This document shows positions 26,201-39,145 of a stretch of 64,000 nucleotides of DNA, piece after piece. The notes under the pieces were generated by a model. It worked only from the letters and a program-made list of their open reading frames with translations, was not told the DNA's origin and made no database searches. The DNA lies in contig LWCA01000039.1 of the NCBI GenBank assembly GCA_001642005.1, forward strand, positions 4,600 to 68,599, written 5' to 3'. The stretch comes from Intoshia linei (Eukaryota; Animalia; Orthonectida). A program made the position numbers and the translations under genes. Numbering within the stretch: position 1 is the stretch's first letter; each line of letters begins with the position of its first letter.

Positions 26201-29200
26201 GTTGTATATAAAACTTTAAAAATTACGGAAAAAGGCAATCTAAAACTCTTTGTCCAGTAAATAACGGTTTATCAGCTTTTAACTTTTTAGAAATTGGTCT
26301 AGGTTTTCTAACGGGCCACATGTGTTTCATAGTATGTTTCGAAGCGACTCCATCAAACTCAGTTTCCATTACAATATCCTATATTAAATTAATTCATTAA
26401 GGTAAACCAGTGATTCCAGGTTGGGATTCCCGTACCCCTCCCGGGGTCCAAAACTATATATCTTGAGGTTCGTGAGAATCAAATAAAATAAAAAAAAATT
26501 TTATCAATTTTTGTTCATTATTATAATGATAGTTTTTAATATTTATTACAGAGTTGCCAGAAGTTGGGAATTTATTCCAAAGCCTAAACGACCGCTAGTT
26601 GGTTATTTTAAAAACACCACTTTTATCCCACCATTAATAAATTTTAATAAAAAATACCATTTCAAACACACAGGGAAAAATCGACTTTTACCGATATTTT
26701 TTTGAAAAATCCATTAATTAATTAATCAAACCACAAAAATAAAAAATCCAATTCTACCAACCCTTAAGCGAAAAATCATATTTTTCTCCTATTTTTTTGG
26801 AAAATTCGTTTTTCCCTAATCTCATAAACAACAACTTCCTAATCCTTAAACTATAATAAAAAATACAATTTTACCAATCCTTAATGGAAAAATCCCATTT
26901 TTTTAATATTTTTTTGAAAAACACGATTTTACCAAATCTTATAGAAAAAATTTTAATTTTTTTCATAAATTTTTTATATTTCATGTTTCATTGGTTAAAA
27001 AAAATAATATTTTTAATTGGGGTTGTAGTATAGACACTGTACACTATTTGAATCGGGAAACACTGATGTAAACATATTTACATTTTAACAATATTTATAC
27101 GTCTGAATAGTAAGCAAAATTCAATTTCATTGGAAACTGGTATCTAGGGTTGCGCCCGAATAAATATAAATGTATATACTTAGAAACGTATATATTTACA
27201 TATAAATATGCAAAAACAATGGATTCTGCAAACGACATAGTGCATCACTTATCCCAAACATATTTAAAGACTTTAGAATGTCACATTAAATGTATTGTAT
27301 AATAATACAATACAATCAAATAATTATTAGATTTTTTAAGGGTTTTAAGGGCTTGGATTCCTCATAAATAACTCGTAAACCACATGTCCTAAACTGGCGC
27401 AATTTGCATCACACGTTCCATGAAAAATAAATGAAAATGATAATTAATAAAAACTGGTAAAAAAAATAATAATTGCAATAAATAAATTGTACATTAACAT
27501 TATAAGAACCAGCTTCAGCCATCCAAGTAATTGTACCTCGTTCAATTGGATTTAACATAATGTAATGTTTCATTAGACTATTTTCGTAGACGGTACCATA
27601 AATATCACCTCCGGTAATATGATTGTTAACCTAAATAAAATTAAAAAATGTTTTCATTATATTGAAACCTTAACATTAGACGGTTCAAAATCCCACATTT
27701 TATTCACATTCAATGCTGGAATACTAACTCCTCGTGGTATGTAAATATCATTAAAAACTTTTCCAATTTCTTCCAGTGGTCTTTGTATGCCTAAAAATAT
27801 GTAAAGCTATAATTTTTATCAACAGTACTTAGTTATATAAAATAATAATATATGTCTGTATGTTCCAGTTTATTTAAGAAAGTAAGAGACGTAGAGGTTT
27901 AAAAGCACCAATGTCTAATACAGTTTTTCAAGAGTCATGTTTTATCACAAATTTCATTTTCAGAAATTGAGTACTTTAGAGTGAAAAACCAAAAATACCC
28001 TTTTCCTAATAAATTAAAGTCTTAGATTTTTTTAAACATGACAGATTTTCAAATCACGAACATTATAATTAATTTGAAAATCAAAAACTTCTAACTTCAA
28101 TCAAACAAAAATCTACACGGCATAAACCTTAAATTACCCATTATTTTAAAAAATCGAGGAAAACTAAGTTGTAGAAGTTAATAAAAAGGTTATAGTGGTA
28201 CAGCTTATTCCAATTGATCAAGATAAAAAAATTCACCACAGAAATCAACGTATTCCCGATCAAAAATTCAAAAAATGGGAATTGAACGTATACCCATTTT
28301 AAATAGAAAAGCATGAGTTTCAATATCATAAATTGATTCCTTCAGTTTTTATCTTTGCTATGAAATTTCTCATTTTCAAAATCTTTTAAGTTTAAAATCA
28401 AATTTAGTACATATTTGAATAATATCATAAATAATAATTGTAAAGTAAATGTATAACTTTGTTATTATCATTTTTAGATTTATCATAAATCTAAATGTTG
28501 GTAACATTCCTCAGCGGATAATGTTTTTAAACAAGCTGAATCCGTTAACAAAATAAAAAATATTTTTTACTTATGGAAAGCGGATATTGACTGTATTTCA
28601 TTAATTGATTGGAAAAAGGTATTTATATACATTATATATTTATTTATTATTGTATAATTTAATTTTTTCTGGATTTTTTATTATTTCTGACGATTTTTAG
28701 GGTTGACTATGTTATACTGTTTTGAGTTTATTTTTAAGATAATACACTCATTATCTTAATAAATCAAAAAAATGACATTACAAAATTGTTTTTAAAATTC
28801 TTTACACAAATGTTAACAATAAAATCTTGGTAATTCAGTTTAGATTTAATTTAATGTGAAATGACCAATCCATGGTAAAACAAGTTTAGGAACCACTCCT
28901 TTAAAGGATTGGTAATAGTAAATACTATCATGTTTGGCAATTTTAAAATGTTTATATAAGATTTTATTAATAAATTTATTTTTTGGTAGAATTAAAAAAG
29001 TCTGTCCTCGACAGAGCTAGGTACTGTTTGTACCAAGTAACTAACAGTCAAACTAATTGTAAATATAAAATAAACAATAATTATAACCATCATAAATGCT
29101 TCCCAACATTCCTGGTCCAAGTTCAACTGATAATGGTGTTCCAGCTCTGTATATTGGATCACCAACTGTAGTGCCAGCTAAGAATAAGTAATTATAAATC

Positions 29201-29843
29201 ATACATAATGCATCGATATTTGCAAAATTTAACGTGTTTAAAATGTAAAGATAATTTTACCCGTTTCTTCATAAACTTGAATCGTTGCAGTGTCCATTTC
29301 TAGTCTGATTATTTCTCCAATTAATTTATTGTATCCAACACGAACAAGTTCGAACATGGCAGCTCCAGCCATTTTTCTAGCAATGACAACTACAAGAAAA
29401 CTAATTTTTCATATCATACATGTAAATTACTGTTCTTAAAAATAACCTTCAATAAGTCATATTAATAATAATAATAATGTAATACAGAGATACCCCAATT
29501 AATTGAATCTGAAAAACCGTACCAATCGAAATTATAAACCAATACATTTTATAACCGCAATAATTCTTCTTAATGATTTCAAAAATAATACATATATAGT
29601 TGTCCGACATAAATAATAATTCAACATTTAATAAACCCGATTTGTGAATCTGGTATATAATGTACTTAAGGTTACCACAAGTAATTTATATGCATAAAAA
29701 AATATTCATCCCTATATAATCAAAACAAATAAACTACCTGGACCAGAGACTGAAAATATAATTCCAACATTAGATTCATTTTCTGTAAATGTTTCTCTTC
29801 GAAACGCATCCCCTGACGTTGGATCATCAAGTTGTATGTTCAT
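23244..29843 (-). CDS. ATP6V1A: V-type proton ATPase catalytic subunit A
   Basis: Twelve in-phase exons: 29843-29738, 29389-29261, 29177-29088, 27790-27669, 27630-27493, 26378-26227, 25968-25459, 25092-24885, 24797-24738, 23957-23863, 23545-23374 and 23336-23244. Motifs VSGPVV, QVYEET, Walker [44 protein letters not shown]-like and [13 protein letters not shown]. Confidence 0.97.
26408..27064. mobile_element. hAT-type MITE carrying a ~29-bp minisatellite (26590-26960)
   Basis: Ends cagtgattcc / gggaaacactg. Internal accaacccttaagcgaaaaa-type units are the reverse complement of the 8200-8390 array. Confidence 0.55.
27830..29056 (+). mobile_element. Non-autonomous Helitron copy in V-ATPase A intron 3
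   Basis: Shares blocks with 15250-15835 (aaccactcctttaaaggattg..gacagagctaggtactgtttgtac) and ends in a hairpin plus CTAA. The 5' boundary is approximate. Confidence 0.6.
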
Positions 29844-30035
29844 TATAAATTCAAAAAGAAATTTACTGAAGTTAGCTATAGATACACTTTATAAATCAAT
29901 ATTGTTTCCAAACTTTCATATTTACAGTTAAATTTGACACTATTTAAAATATAAAACGTAAAATAATGGCAAATTTATCACAAGAATAAAAAACAAATTT
30001 ATTAAACATATTTTAACAAACATTTACTATTCGTT

Positions 30036-33000
30036 TTATTTTTGAAATTTTGAATGATTCAATTTAATGTACCCCATAAATAATATAATTGAGGTAATTA
30101 AAGCATATTTGGATGCATTACTAAATGACAACAATTAAATTACATCAATAACCATTTTTTTCAAATTTTACACCATGGTTCTCAAAAAACGGCCATTTTT
30201 TTTAGTTTGGTAGTAAATGAAACATTCATTCCACCACTGTACCACCAATGTAACATTTTGAAAACGGCAAAAGTTTCCAAGTCGCCAAATTTTACATTTG
30301 GGTTTTCTTCCAATTTAGAAATCGTTAAACTAAAGATAATATAAAATATACCTTTTCGAATTCCATTTCAAAAAATTATAAACTTTTGACAAAAACGATG
30401 TACGATCATTGATATTTGATATTTCATTTTTCGAACTAAATTTTTTATTCAATTTACTAAGGGTGTTTCCAACCTGGACGATTTTACTTTTTTTGTGACG
30501 AGAAAATTTGAAAAAAATTATACCTACTTATTTACTTATGGACCATACCAAAAAGGTTTGAGAAGCAGAATATCAATATAAGGTTTCGTCCAGGTTAGAT
30601 GTCTTTAAACCAAATCTGTGGCATTTTTATTGAAATGATAATAAAAAAAATCTTATATACATGATTTTCAGAATAATTTGTTTATTAATATCATTAGTCC
30701 TAGAAGATGAAGCACTCCAATACATAGGTGAATGTAATTGCTTATCGTTACAAATTGATTCAGATCTATCAGGAGTTTCTTTCTTGACAAATCCATCAGT
30801 CGACATGACTAGTTGACAATTTTTCTAATAATGCAGTTAAAAGGTATTTTAGCATCATATACAGTGTAAGTCCTATTTACTATTAAGTTAAATCTACTTA
30901 TATATCTACTTGTATATAGAAATTTATGACATTATAAAGATTAACATTTTGATGGTTTTATTTTTTATTTAAAAAAATCATATCAAGAAATTTCTTAATT
31001 TTTGTTATCTAAAATTCCGTTAAACATGACTTACCCTACAAAGTACAGTATAATTAAACATATAAATTAAAATACTGGAATAATTGCTGCATCATCATCA
31101 AAAGTTAAATCATCAGATATCCAAATCATCATGTCATATTCATTAGAAATTTTTGAATTTTGAAAATCTTCACATGTTGGTTTGCAACAGCAATCTTCAA
31201 TCTTGAATAGAATAAATAAATACATAATATATCAGTGGTTCCCTGCTGATACAGTTACCCGAACTACGTCCAAATAATTTCGTTTAGACCAGGGTACTAA
31301 TAGTGTAATAGTACCAAGTGAAGATAAAAATTTTGGAGAGTGAAATGAATTAAACTGCATCAACTTTATAAAACTATTAGAATAATTAATATTCAAAGTT
31401 CTAAAATTTTAATTTTTAAAAAAAAGGGCATTTGGATTTTAACTGTAAAGGTGGAAATTTTGAAAAGTAAAATTTATCTTTCTTGCACTGCCAAAAAACA
31501 GACATGGAATTTGTGTCATTTTTCTAAATAAATGGTTACACAGATACATTTTTACTCTATATTCAAGTAAGTAAGGATGAGAATTAATACCCTTTAAATC
31601 TATATTGTATAGCTTTATCGAAATTTTATTTAAAAATCAATAAATTTTCGATTAATCACAAATCTCTAATATGAGTCTCAAGTTGGTACTCTCAACTCAT
31701 TGAATACATGTTAGCTTCGATTATCAAAGTGATTCTTTTCCCGAAATAAAAATACAAACAATGTAATGTTATATAATTATTATTCCTATCAAAGTGTAGT
31801 GTTTAAAAAATAATTTACTATTAAAAATTTTTCAACGTTTGCAATTCTAACGGAATTGACGGCAGTTTTTTCAAAAAGTGACACGGAATTAAATTTTTTG
31901 GCATTTGGTACAAAATGTAGACGAATCAAACTTTCTATAAACTTTGACTAAAAATTAAATTATACATATAAATATAAATATTATGCATTCATTAATACTG
32001 AAATGTAACTATTAATTCAGATTCTCAAAAAGGTGTGAGGTATAAATATTTAAAGCAGTTCAAGTACAAGGGTTGTCTGAATATAATTTAAGATAATTAT
32101 AACTATCCAATTTTTACTGTATAAAGTATATGTCGTACAGAATTTGTAAAACTGTGAAATGCACACATTCTATGGGCAAATCGTAGAATGTGTACAATTT
32201 TCATTTATATTTTATTTTTGAGTTCCAAAAACTTTTTTTTTAACAAAACTTAATGGGGCGTTTCTTGAAATTTTTTTTATACCAAACTTTCAAGAGGGGT
32301 TTTTGGAAATATTTTTTAATAAAACTTTAGGGGTGGTTTTTTTAGAAATTATTTTGAACCAAACTTTCAACAGGGGTTTCTTAAAAATTTTTCTTTAAAC
32401 ATAAAAAAAAGGGGGGTTTTAAGATTTTTTTTTAAACGAAACTTTCAAAATGGTTTTTTTAGAAATATTTTTTTGAACCAAACTTTCAAGGGGGTTTTTA
32501 AGATTTTTTTTTAAATTAAACTTTCAAGTGGTTTTAACATTTTTTTTGAACCAAACTTTCAAGGGAGTTTTTATGATTTTTTTTGAACCAAACTTTCAAC
32601 AGGGGTTTTTGAGATTTTTTTTTTAAACCAAACTTTCAAGTGGTTTTAACATTTTTTTTGGAACCATACTTTCAAGGGAGTTTTTAAGATTTTTTTTTGA
32701 ACCAAACTAATTTCTAAAAAACCACTCCTAAAGTTTTATTAAAAAAAATTCCTAAAAACAACGGTTTGAGAATCCATTAATCGATCAATACGTAATTGTA
32801 GTTACATTCCTGAATGTAACATAATTCACCTTCAACTGGTCACAACTCGACCACACTCCAACTTTAAAGACAGTACGATTGTCCAAATCTGATTTCTTAA
32901 TTACTAATTTGTAAATAAAAAATGTAAACAAATAAAAATACATAAAATGGCACTAGTGATTGGTTTAAAAAAATAAAGATATCCAAATTTTGCTATAACA

Positions 33001-36000
33001 GATAAATACAATCCAAGGTTTTGTTTGATAAGTAATCTACATAAATTGAAAATGAATCAAATTATAGATGAATACAGACTGGAAAGCACTAATGAAATTT
33101 CCAAAAGACACTTTATTGACAATTGGGTCAAACGGTACAGAATTGATAAAATTTTTGAATTCAATAGGATTGATAATATCAAATAATTCAACTAAATTAG
33201 AATGAGACATCCATGCTGACTTTGAATTCTAATATAAAATATATTGACATGCAAGTAATGCATTATTTTACATCATTAATACTAAAACGATAAAAAATTT
33301 CACTTAAAAACTGAATAGCATTATCACTAATTTCTACATGATAGACCAATTTATTATATTCATATCTAAAATTGTATAAAAAATATAGATACTTTTATTT
33401 ACGGAAAAATTGGAATTTCAAGTAGATTGTTATATGACATTTTTCGTAAAATGTACCATACAGTTTCTTGTAAACCTCTCTGACATAATTTTCGAAAAAG
33501 AAAAATAAATCCTAAATTTTGATTAAATTTTAAATTATAAACCACATCAGATAGATTAAGCTAACAAATTTAAAACTAAAAAGCAAAAAATCTCAAATAT
33601 ATAAGATGCACGGTTTATCCTTTTCAAATCATTACATTCTTAAAAATAAACAATTACAATTATAAATGTAGTATAAATATAACAGGTAAGTAAAAAAATA
33701 AAATTACCTTCAAATGATAAACAATCGTCAGTTATTAGATTAGGTTGAGTTTCGTATTCATTTAGATATGATTTGATATCAAATAGGTTCATTCCAGAAT
33801 CTTGAATATTTTCAAAAAATGTTTTCTATATAAAAAACCAAATATAACTAGCACTAAAAATTAAAATTATAATAACCTCAAAATAATTGATTTCATCTTC
33901 ATCTAATAATAGATTTTCATCAAAATCCGCCAACTGTAAATTGAATTAATCAACATTTACGAATTCAAAAGCAGTTCAAATTATAAATTCATCTTTTCCA
34001 TTTCATATACAGTATACAGTATACCATCGGTGCCAAATTGGGAACTCGACACTAGGGGTCCCAGAAATTATTTTGGGAACCAGCTAGTCCGACACTACGA
34101 CTCACACTTTATGATTCGATAATTATAAATATTTTTTAAAGTCCCTAAAATTACATTAAACTTAATAAAATATGCTTAATTCCTATATTTACTTTTTAGT
34201 GGTTATTTAATAGTCTCTGTTACTATAATATTGCATATTAAATATGTGTACGTCTCAATTATAATAGTTATTTAAAAATTATTCAAGGGTACGATTTTTT
34301 TGTAGTGTAGGGGTATTAACTGTACAGTATTTTGAGAAACGCTGCTATAATTATAATCTATATATATCTAATGTAGTACCTTGAACAAAAAAGATAAAAT
34401 TGATTCAAATTTAGTAGTGAGCTATGATTTAATTTATTATTGTAAATATTAACAAACACTTTTGCAGACTCCAAATCATACAATGGACCGATAGGGTGTA
34501 AGGCAGACTTTTGAGCACACCAAAACATTTCTGAAATATTTTCCAGCATTTTAGCGGATGTCTAAATTTTTAATAATGATTACAAGCCTAATATTACATT
34601 GTACAGTGCGTGTCAAATGAACACACTGTATCTTAGATTAATTATATAAAATTCAACGACGTGTGTCTGTATTACCGTTTATTTAAAAAATTTTAAATCC
34701 TAGAATTTAAAAAAAATCAAATTCTAATTCCGTTTTTCGAGAGTGATACAGTATCGCAAATTTAATTCTCCAACATTGAGTCTTTCAGGGTCAAATACCC
34801 AAATTGTCCCTTTTTAAATAGAAAAAAATCGTATAATTTTAAAAAAACATAAATTCTAGGATAATTTTTAAAATCATTAATATCATCGCAAATATCAACC
34901 TCAGAAACTTACATCTTAATGATCACACCCCAAATGCCTTTTTTTAAATGAAAATATTCCAAGAATTTTAAAAAACATAAATTCTGGGAATCTTTTTAAA
35001 ATTATGAGTATTATCATATTACACAAAAAAATATTTGGAAAGTGAAAATAATGTATCAAACAAAAATCGCTCAATATACCTAAAAATAATGTACCTCAAT
35101 ACACGTTTCGATTTCAAAATAATTTTCCATCGTCCAAATTAATTCATCCTTTACGTCATTCGAATTATCAATTATATCCATTTTGTTTGCAACTAAAATT
35201 ATATGCTTTTCCTTAATTGAAGATTTCAATGTATCCCGAATCAGAGGTAACCAATATTTTGAAATCTATTGTGATATTTAAGAAAAATTACATATAGAGT
35301 ATATTATACTGTTAGTATAATCTCTACATTTCGCCAATTCCAATAATTCGTCAAAAGGGCCAAAGTATAAAAAAATGTAAAACAAAGTAATAATATTATT
35401 ATATTAAATCATTTAATATATCCGTTATCTACTTCGCCAAATCATCTACAACAGGCATTCTCAACCCTTTTTCGCTGTGGACCATAAAATAATATTACAA
35501 AAAACCTGTTGACCCCCATAAAAATTAATAATAATGACAATTTTTAATGAATCATTACATTTGGGTAAAACGAATGATAGTCAAAAGACATGGAGTACTC
35601 TATTTTTGCGAGATAATAAACTTGATGAACTATTAATATTAACCTTTAACCCGTAAATGTTCCCAAAATGGAACATGTTTTTCAGGTATTGTTTACAGTA
35701 CATTATTAATTGTTTACCACATATTTTATCAGATCAATAAAAAGTCAGTATTTCTGAACCTTTATGTTTTAAAAACGACTTTATGTTACTGAAAATGTAT
35801 ATAATATGTAAGAAATGTATATAATTTTCAAAAACCCCCAAAAAACTGCTGTGGAACCCGTTGAGAATTTCTGATCTACAATAAATAATTATAATGAAAA
35901 GTCCCAAAATTGGCGAATTAGAGAGAATACTGGACGTATTTTACATTTTGAACGGAATAAACATCATCGCATGAACAAACGACACAAATCACATCAGCCT

Positions 36001-37029
36001 AAATTGAAATAAATAAAATTTGATAAGTGTCTGAGTCGGTCAGTAAGGTACTCAGTACTGTATAGTATTTTTCAAATGTTTTAGTTAAATTATAATTATA
36101 CATAAGAGACAAGCTAATGTACAACAAATGTATATATATTTCCATTTAAATCAGAGTTCCAAACCAGGGGACTAAAAATTTGGACATGGTATTTTTTCAA
36201 AAATGAAAACAATAAATTTATTACATTTTATATTTTTAATATATGAAACTTGAGATATATTGTATGTGTGGTTGAATTATTTTATATTAATTGAAGGACC
36301 GCAGAGCTAAAAAGGTGGGGAAACCCTTGGGTGATGATTTAAACAATTATTTATAATATATATAAAAAACCTCCATCATTTTAAAAAAATAATTTTCTTT
36401 TTCATCTTCCCGTACTAAAAAAATCAAAAATCATTATTTAAATGTGCATTCTCACAATTATAATCAACAATTTTTGCTGAAACATGCTCAGGGGTAACAT
36501 CTTTTGGTATTATGATACTTTCACAAGTTTTTGGTACCTAAATTAGAATATTTTAAACCTTTATAGTAACAATTTTATGCTTCTGTAATCTTAATCCCGT
36601 AAATAATGAGCCCAAAATATCAGAACCCACCGTTCATAAGTTTTAGTTAAATTTATAAATAAATTTTTTTGAATGAAACGAAGATTATGTAAAATACTTG
36701 GACTTGAAAAATTTATGGGTTTTTAGCTGTTAAATTTTTCTTTACAAAGTGAATTTTGGCTGGTATGGACAAAATTCAAAAGTTAAAAATTATGATATAA
36801 ACTCAATTACATATACAAATTTATAGTAGAATAATCAACGTCCCAAATTTCGCATTATCATTCAAATGGGGCGCCAGAAATAAAAAAAGTACCCGATATT
36901 TTTTTTAAATTAATTTTAAATTTAAAAAATAACCGTTTCAATAAAAACTTCGTTGATGAGAGACAAAATAATAGAGGTTTTGCCGACTCCACCTAAGTAT
37001 ATTGTTAAAACATGGAAATAATAATTCAT
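30036..37029 (-). CDS. RHOT: Mitochondrial Rho GTPase (Miro), divergent
   Basis: Spliced motifs [87 protein letters not shown], EF1 DFDENLLLDEDE and GFIFLFRKLCQRGLQETVWYILRK. C-terminal TM tail KYALITSIILFMGYIK..QK* ends at 30036. The first exon and some cGTPase exons are unresolved. Confidence 0.9.
32225..32760 (+). repeat. Minisatellite, ~38-bp unit (aaccaaactttcaagggggtttttaagattttttttg) x ~13, ending in an inverted segment
   Basis: Visible tandem units in a Miro intron. 32710-32760 is the reverse complement of ~32298-32350. Confidence 0.85.
35452..35873 (+). mobile_element. hAT (Buster-type) MITE
   Basis: TIRs caggcattctcaac / gttgagaatttctg, a perfect 8-bp TSD atctacaa with central TA, and a second copy at 215-502. 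Confidence 0.85.
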
Positions 37030-37214
37030 TGATCAATTAATGAATCAAGATACCGATAGAACCGAATAAAATTCAAAATCAGATCCGATAGAACACTACC
37101 AAGGCCCTCCACATAGGATTTTCATCTGAGTATATAGTTATAAAATTTAAAAATATATTTTTAAGGTTTTTCTTGCCACAAATTATCATTTCAATTTTCA
37201 TTCTCATCATAGTA

Positions 37215-37505
37215 CAGTCAAAATCTCATTTAACGAAAATATTAGAAATGTAACTGTATTAGAAATATGCTGCTGCACACATGACTTAAATTTATCACAA
37301 TTATATTTAATATAAACAAATAATTTAATTTTTTATTATACAAAAAGATTCCACATTTCGTGGAATCGTGAACCACGACTTTATAAAAGAGTCGATCTAA
37401 TATTTAAAACTATAAAACCATAACAATATTTAAAAAAACTCCTAAAAACTACTAAAAAATAAAATAATATTGCATTTACGCGTTCGTTAAATGAGATTTT
37501 AACTG
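37215..37505. mobile_element. pogo/Tc1-type MITE
   Basis: 23-bp TIRs cagtcaaaatctcatttaacgaa / ttcgttaaatgagattttaactg with TA on both sides and a central hairpin gattccac..gtggaatc. Confidence 0.85.
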
Positions 37506-37761
37506 TATCAGTAAGTTACATACAAGTAGACCAGAATGAAATTAAACAACAAACGGAGAAACGAATAAGTAAATGATAAATAAATAATATTAATTAATAA
37601 ATGGGAAACTTATTAATATTCGTTAAACGGTAGTGGGAAAATTAACACACATAATGGCATTACACAAAAAAAAATATAGTTTAATGGACCACCACTCATT
37701 CTTAACTTGGAGTAATGAAGCAAAGAGAAGAGTAGAGAATGATACAAATATAGTCTTAGAT

Positions 37762-38720
37762 CATGGGTTCTTAACCTTTTTCCACTTGTATTATATTTGT
37801 ATTATATACTTGGATTTGTCTAGTTCCATCTTCTATTCAAAAGACCCAAAATTAAGTTATTTGACATGAGTAACAAACAAAATTATTATAAATATACTAA
37901 TGTGTTCTTTGTTGTTCTTTATTTTCAATTATTTCTAAAAACCGAGGAATTTTGTTACTTTGCAATGCAATTCTTAGGTCGTGAGATGCATTAAGTCGGT
38001 TTCTATATTTGTTTTTGAGATATAGTAAACTATAAAATCCTTTTTCACACAAATATGTAGTGGAAAATGGAATAAGGACATTTAATGCCTTGGTAGATAG
38101 ATTAGGATAAGTGGACAATTGTGAACTCCAAAATAATTGCAAACATTGGTCATCGAATTTCATTTTAATCAAAGAATTATTCCTTAAATCAATTCAATCT
38201 TCCATCAATGTATCATCTGTCAAATGATTTAATTTAAATAAAAATGGATCGCGTATCCAAAAATCGCAAGTTTTTAAATTTCCTCCAGGCAAAAAATTCT
38301 CAAATGAAATAGATAATGAGCTTAAGTGTGTTAAAACTGCCAATTTCACGATTTTATTGAAAAGTTTCGATTCTTTCATTGTTTCATCTAAGCTAGAAAA
38401 CCTAGATACGTTTTCATGTCTAATATTGTCTTCCCACAATGATATTTTATCTTTAAATGCATTTAGCTTTTCATACGCCAATATTACGTTCATATTTTTA
38501 CCTTCAAAAAAAATATTTGCATCGTTCAATTTGCAAAAAATATTAGTTAAATATGCTACATGACATAATACTTAAATAAATATGCCCATTATATTATATT
38601 ACATATGAAATACAAATGAAATTAACTTTATTTTCGAATATTCATGCAATTTCAAAAAATATAGCTGCAGAATGATTTTCTTTCAAAAATATTTCTAGCA
38701 CCCCCGGTTAAGAACCCATG
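37762..38720 (-). mobile_element. Internally deleted hAT (Buster/Charlie-like) transposon retaining the C-terminal transposase fragment
   Basis: TIRs catgggttcttaacc / ggttaagaacccatg and a perfect TSD tcttagat. ORF pieces AYEKLNAFKDKISLW, WIRDPF and FW..YPNLSTKALNVLIPFSTTYLCEKGFYSL..KNKYRNRL..DLRIAL (hAT dimerisation region). Confidence 0.92.
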
Positions 38721-39145
38721 TCTTAGATATTGATGTTGATGAATATTTATTTGAACGCGAATTTAACGGGAAATTAGAAAATATGGCAATCATATTACTA
38801 CTTTTTGTAGAGAAAAAACAGTATTTTTATGACTTTCAGTGGGACTTCCATTGAGGGATTTATAAATTTATAAAAATTATAAAATTCTGTTTTTATAAAT
38901 TTCAATGCAAAAAATTGTGGCTAAAAAAACTCAACCACAAAATATAACGCTTGGGGTGGCAAGTGTGTTATTTCTGGAAAAGGTTGATAAAAAACGATTT
39001 CAAATAAAAAAATACCGTCTCCAAGCAATAATATGTTTATCTCCGTTTTATCACAAATCATTTCATTTTTAAAACAAAAAGTTTATTTGAGATTATGACA
39101 ACATATTCAATTTGAAATAGAATTTATTATTTAAAGATTGAAACC

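Noticed and set aside
32225-32760. CRISPR-like array
   Set aside because: The units are contiguous degenerate tandem repeats without unique spacers, there are no cas genes, and the context is a eukaryotic intron.
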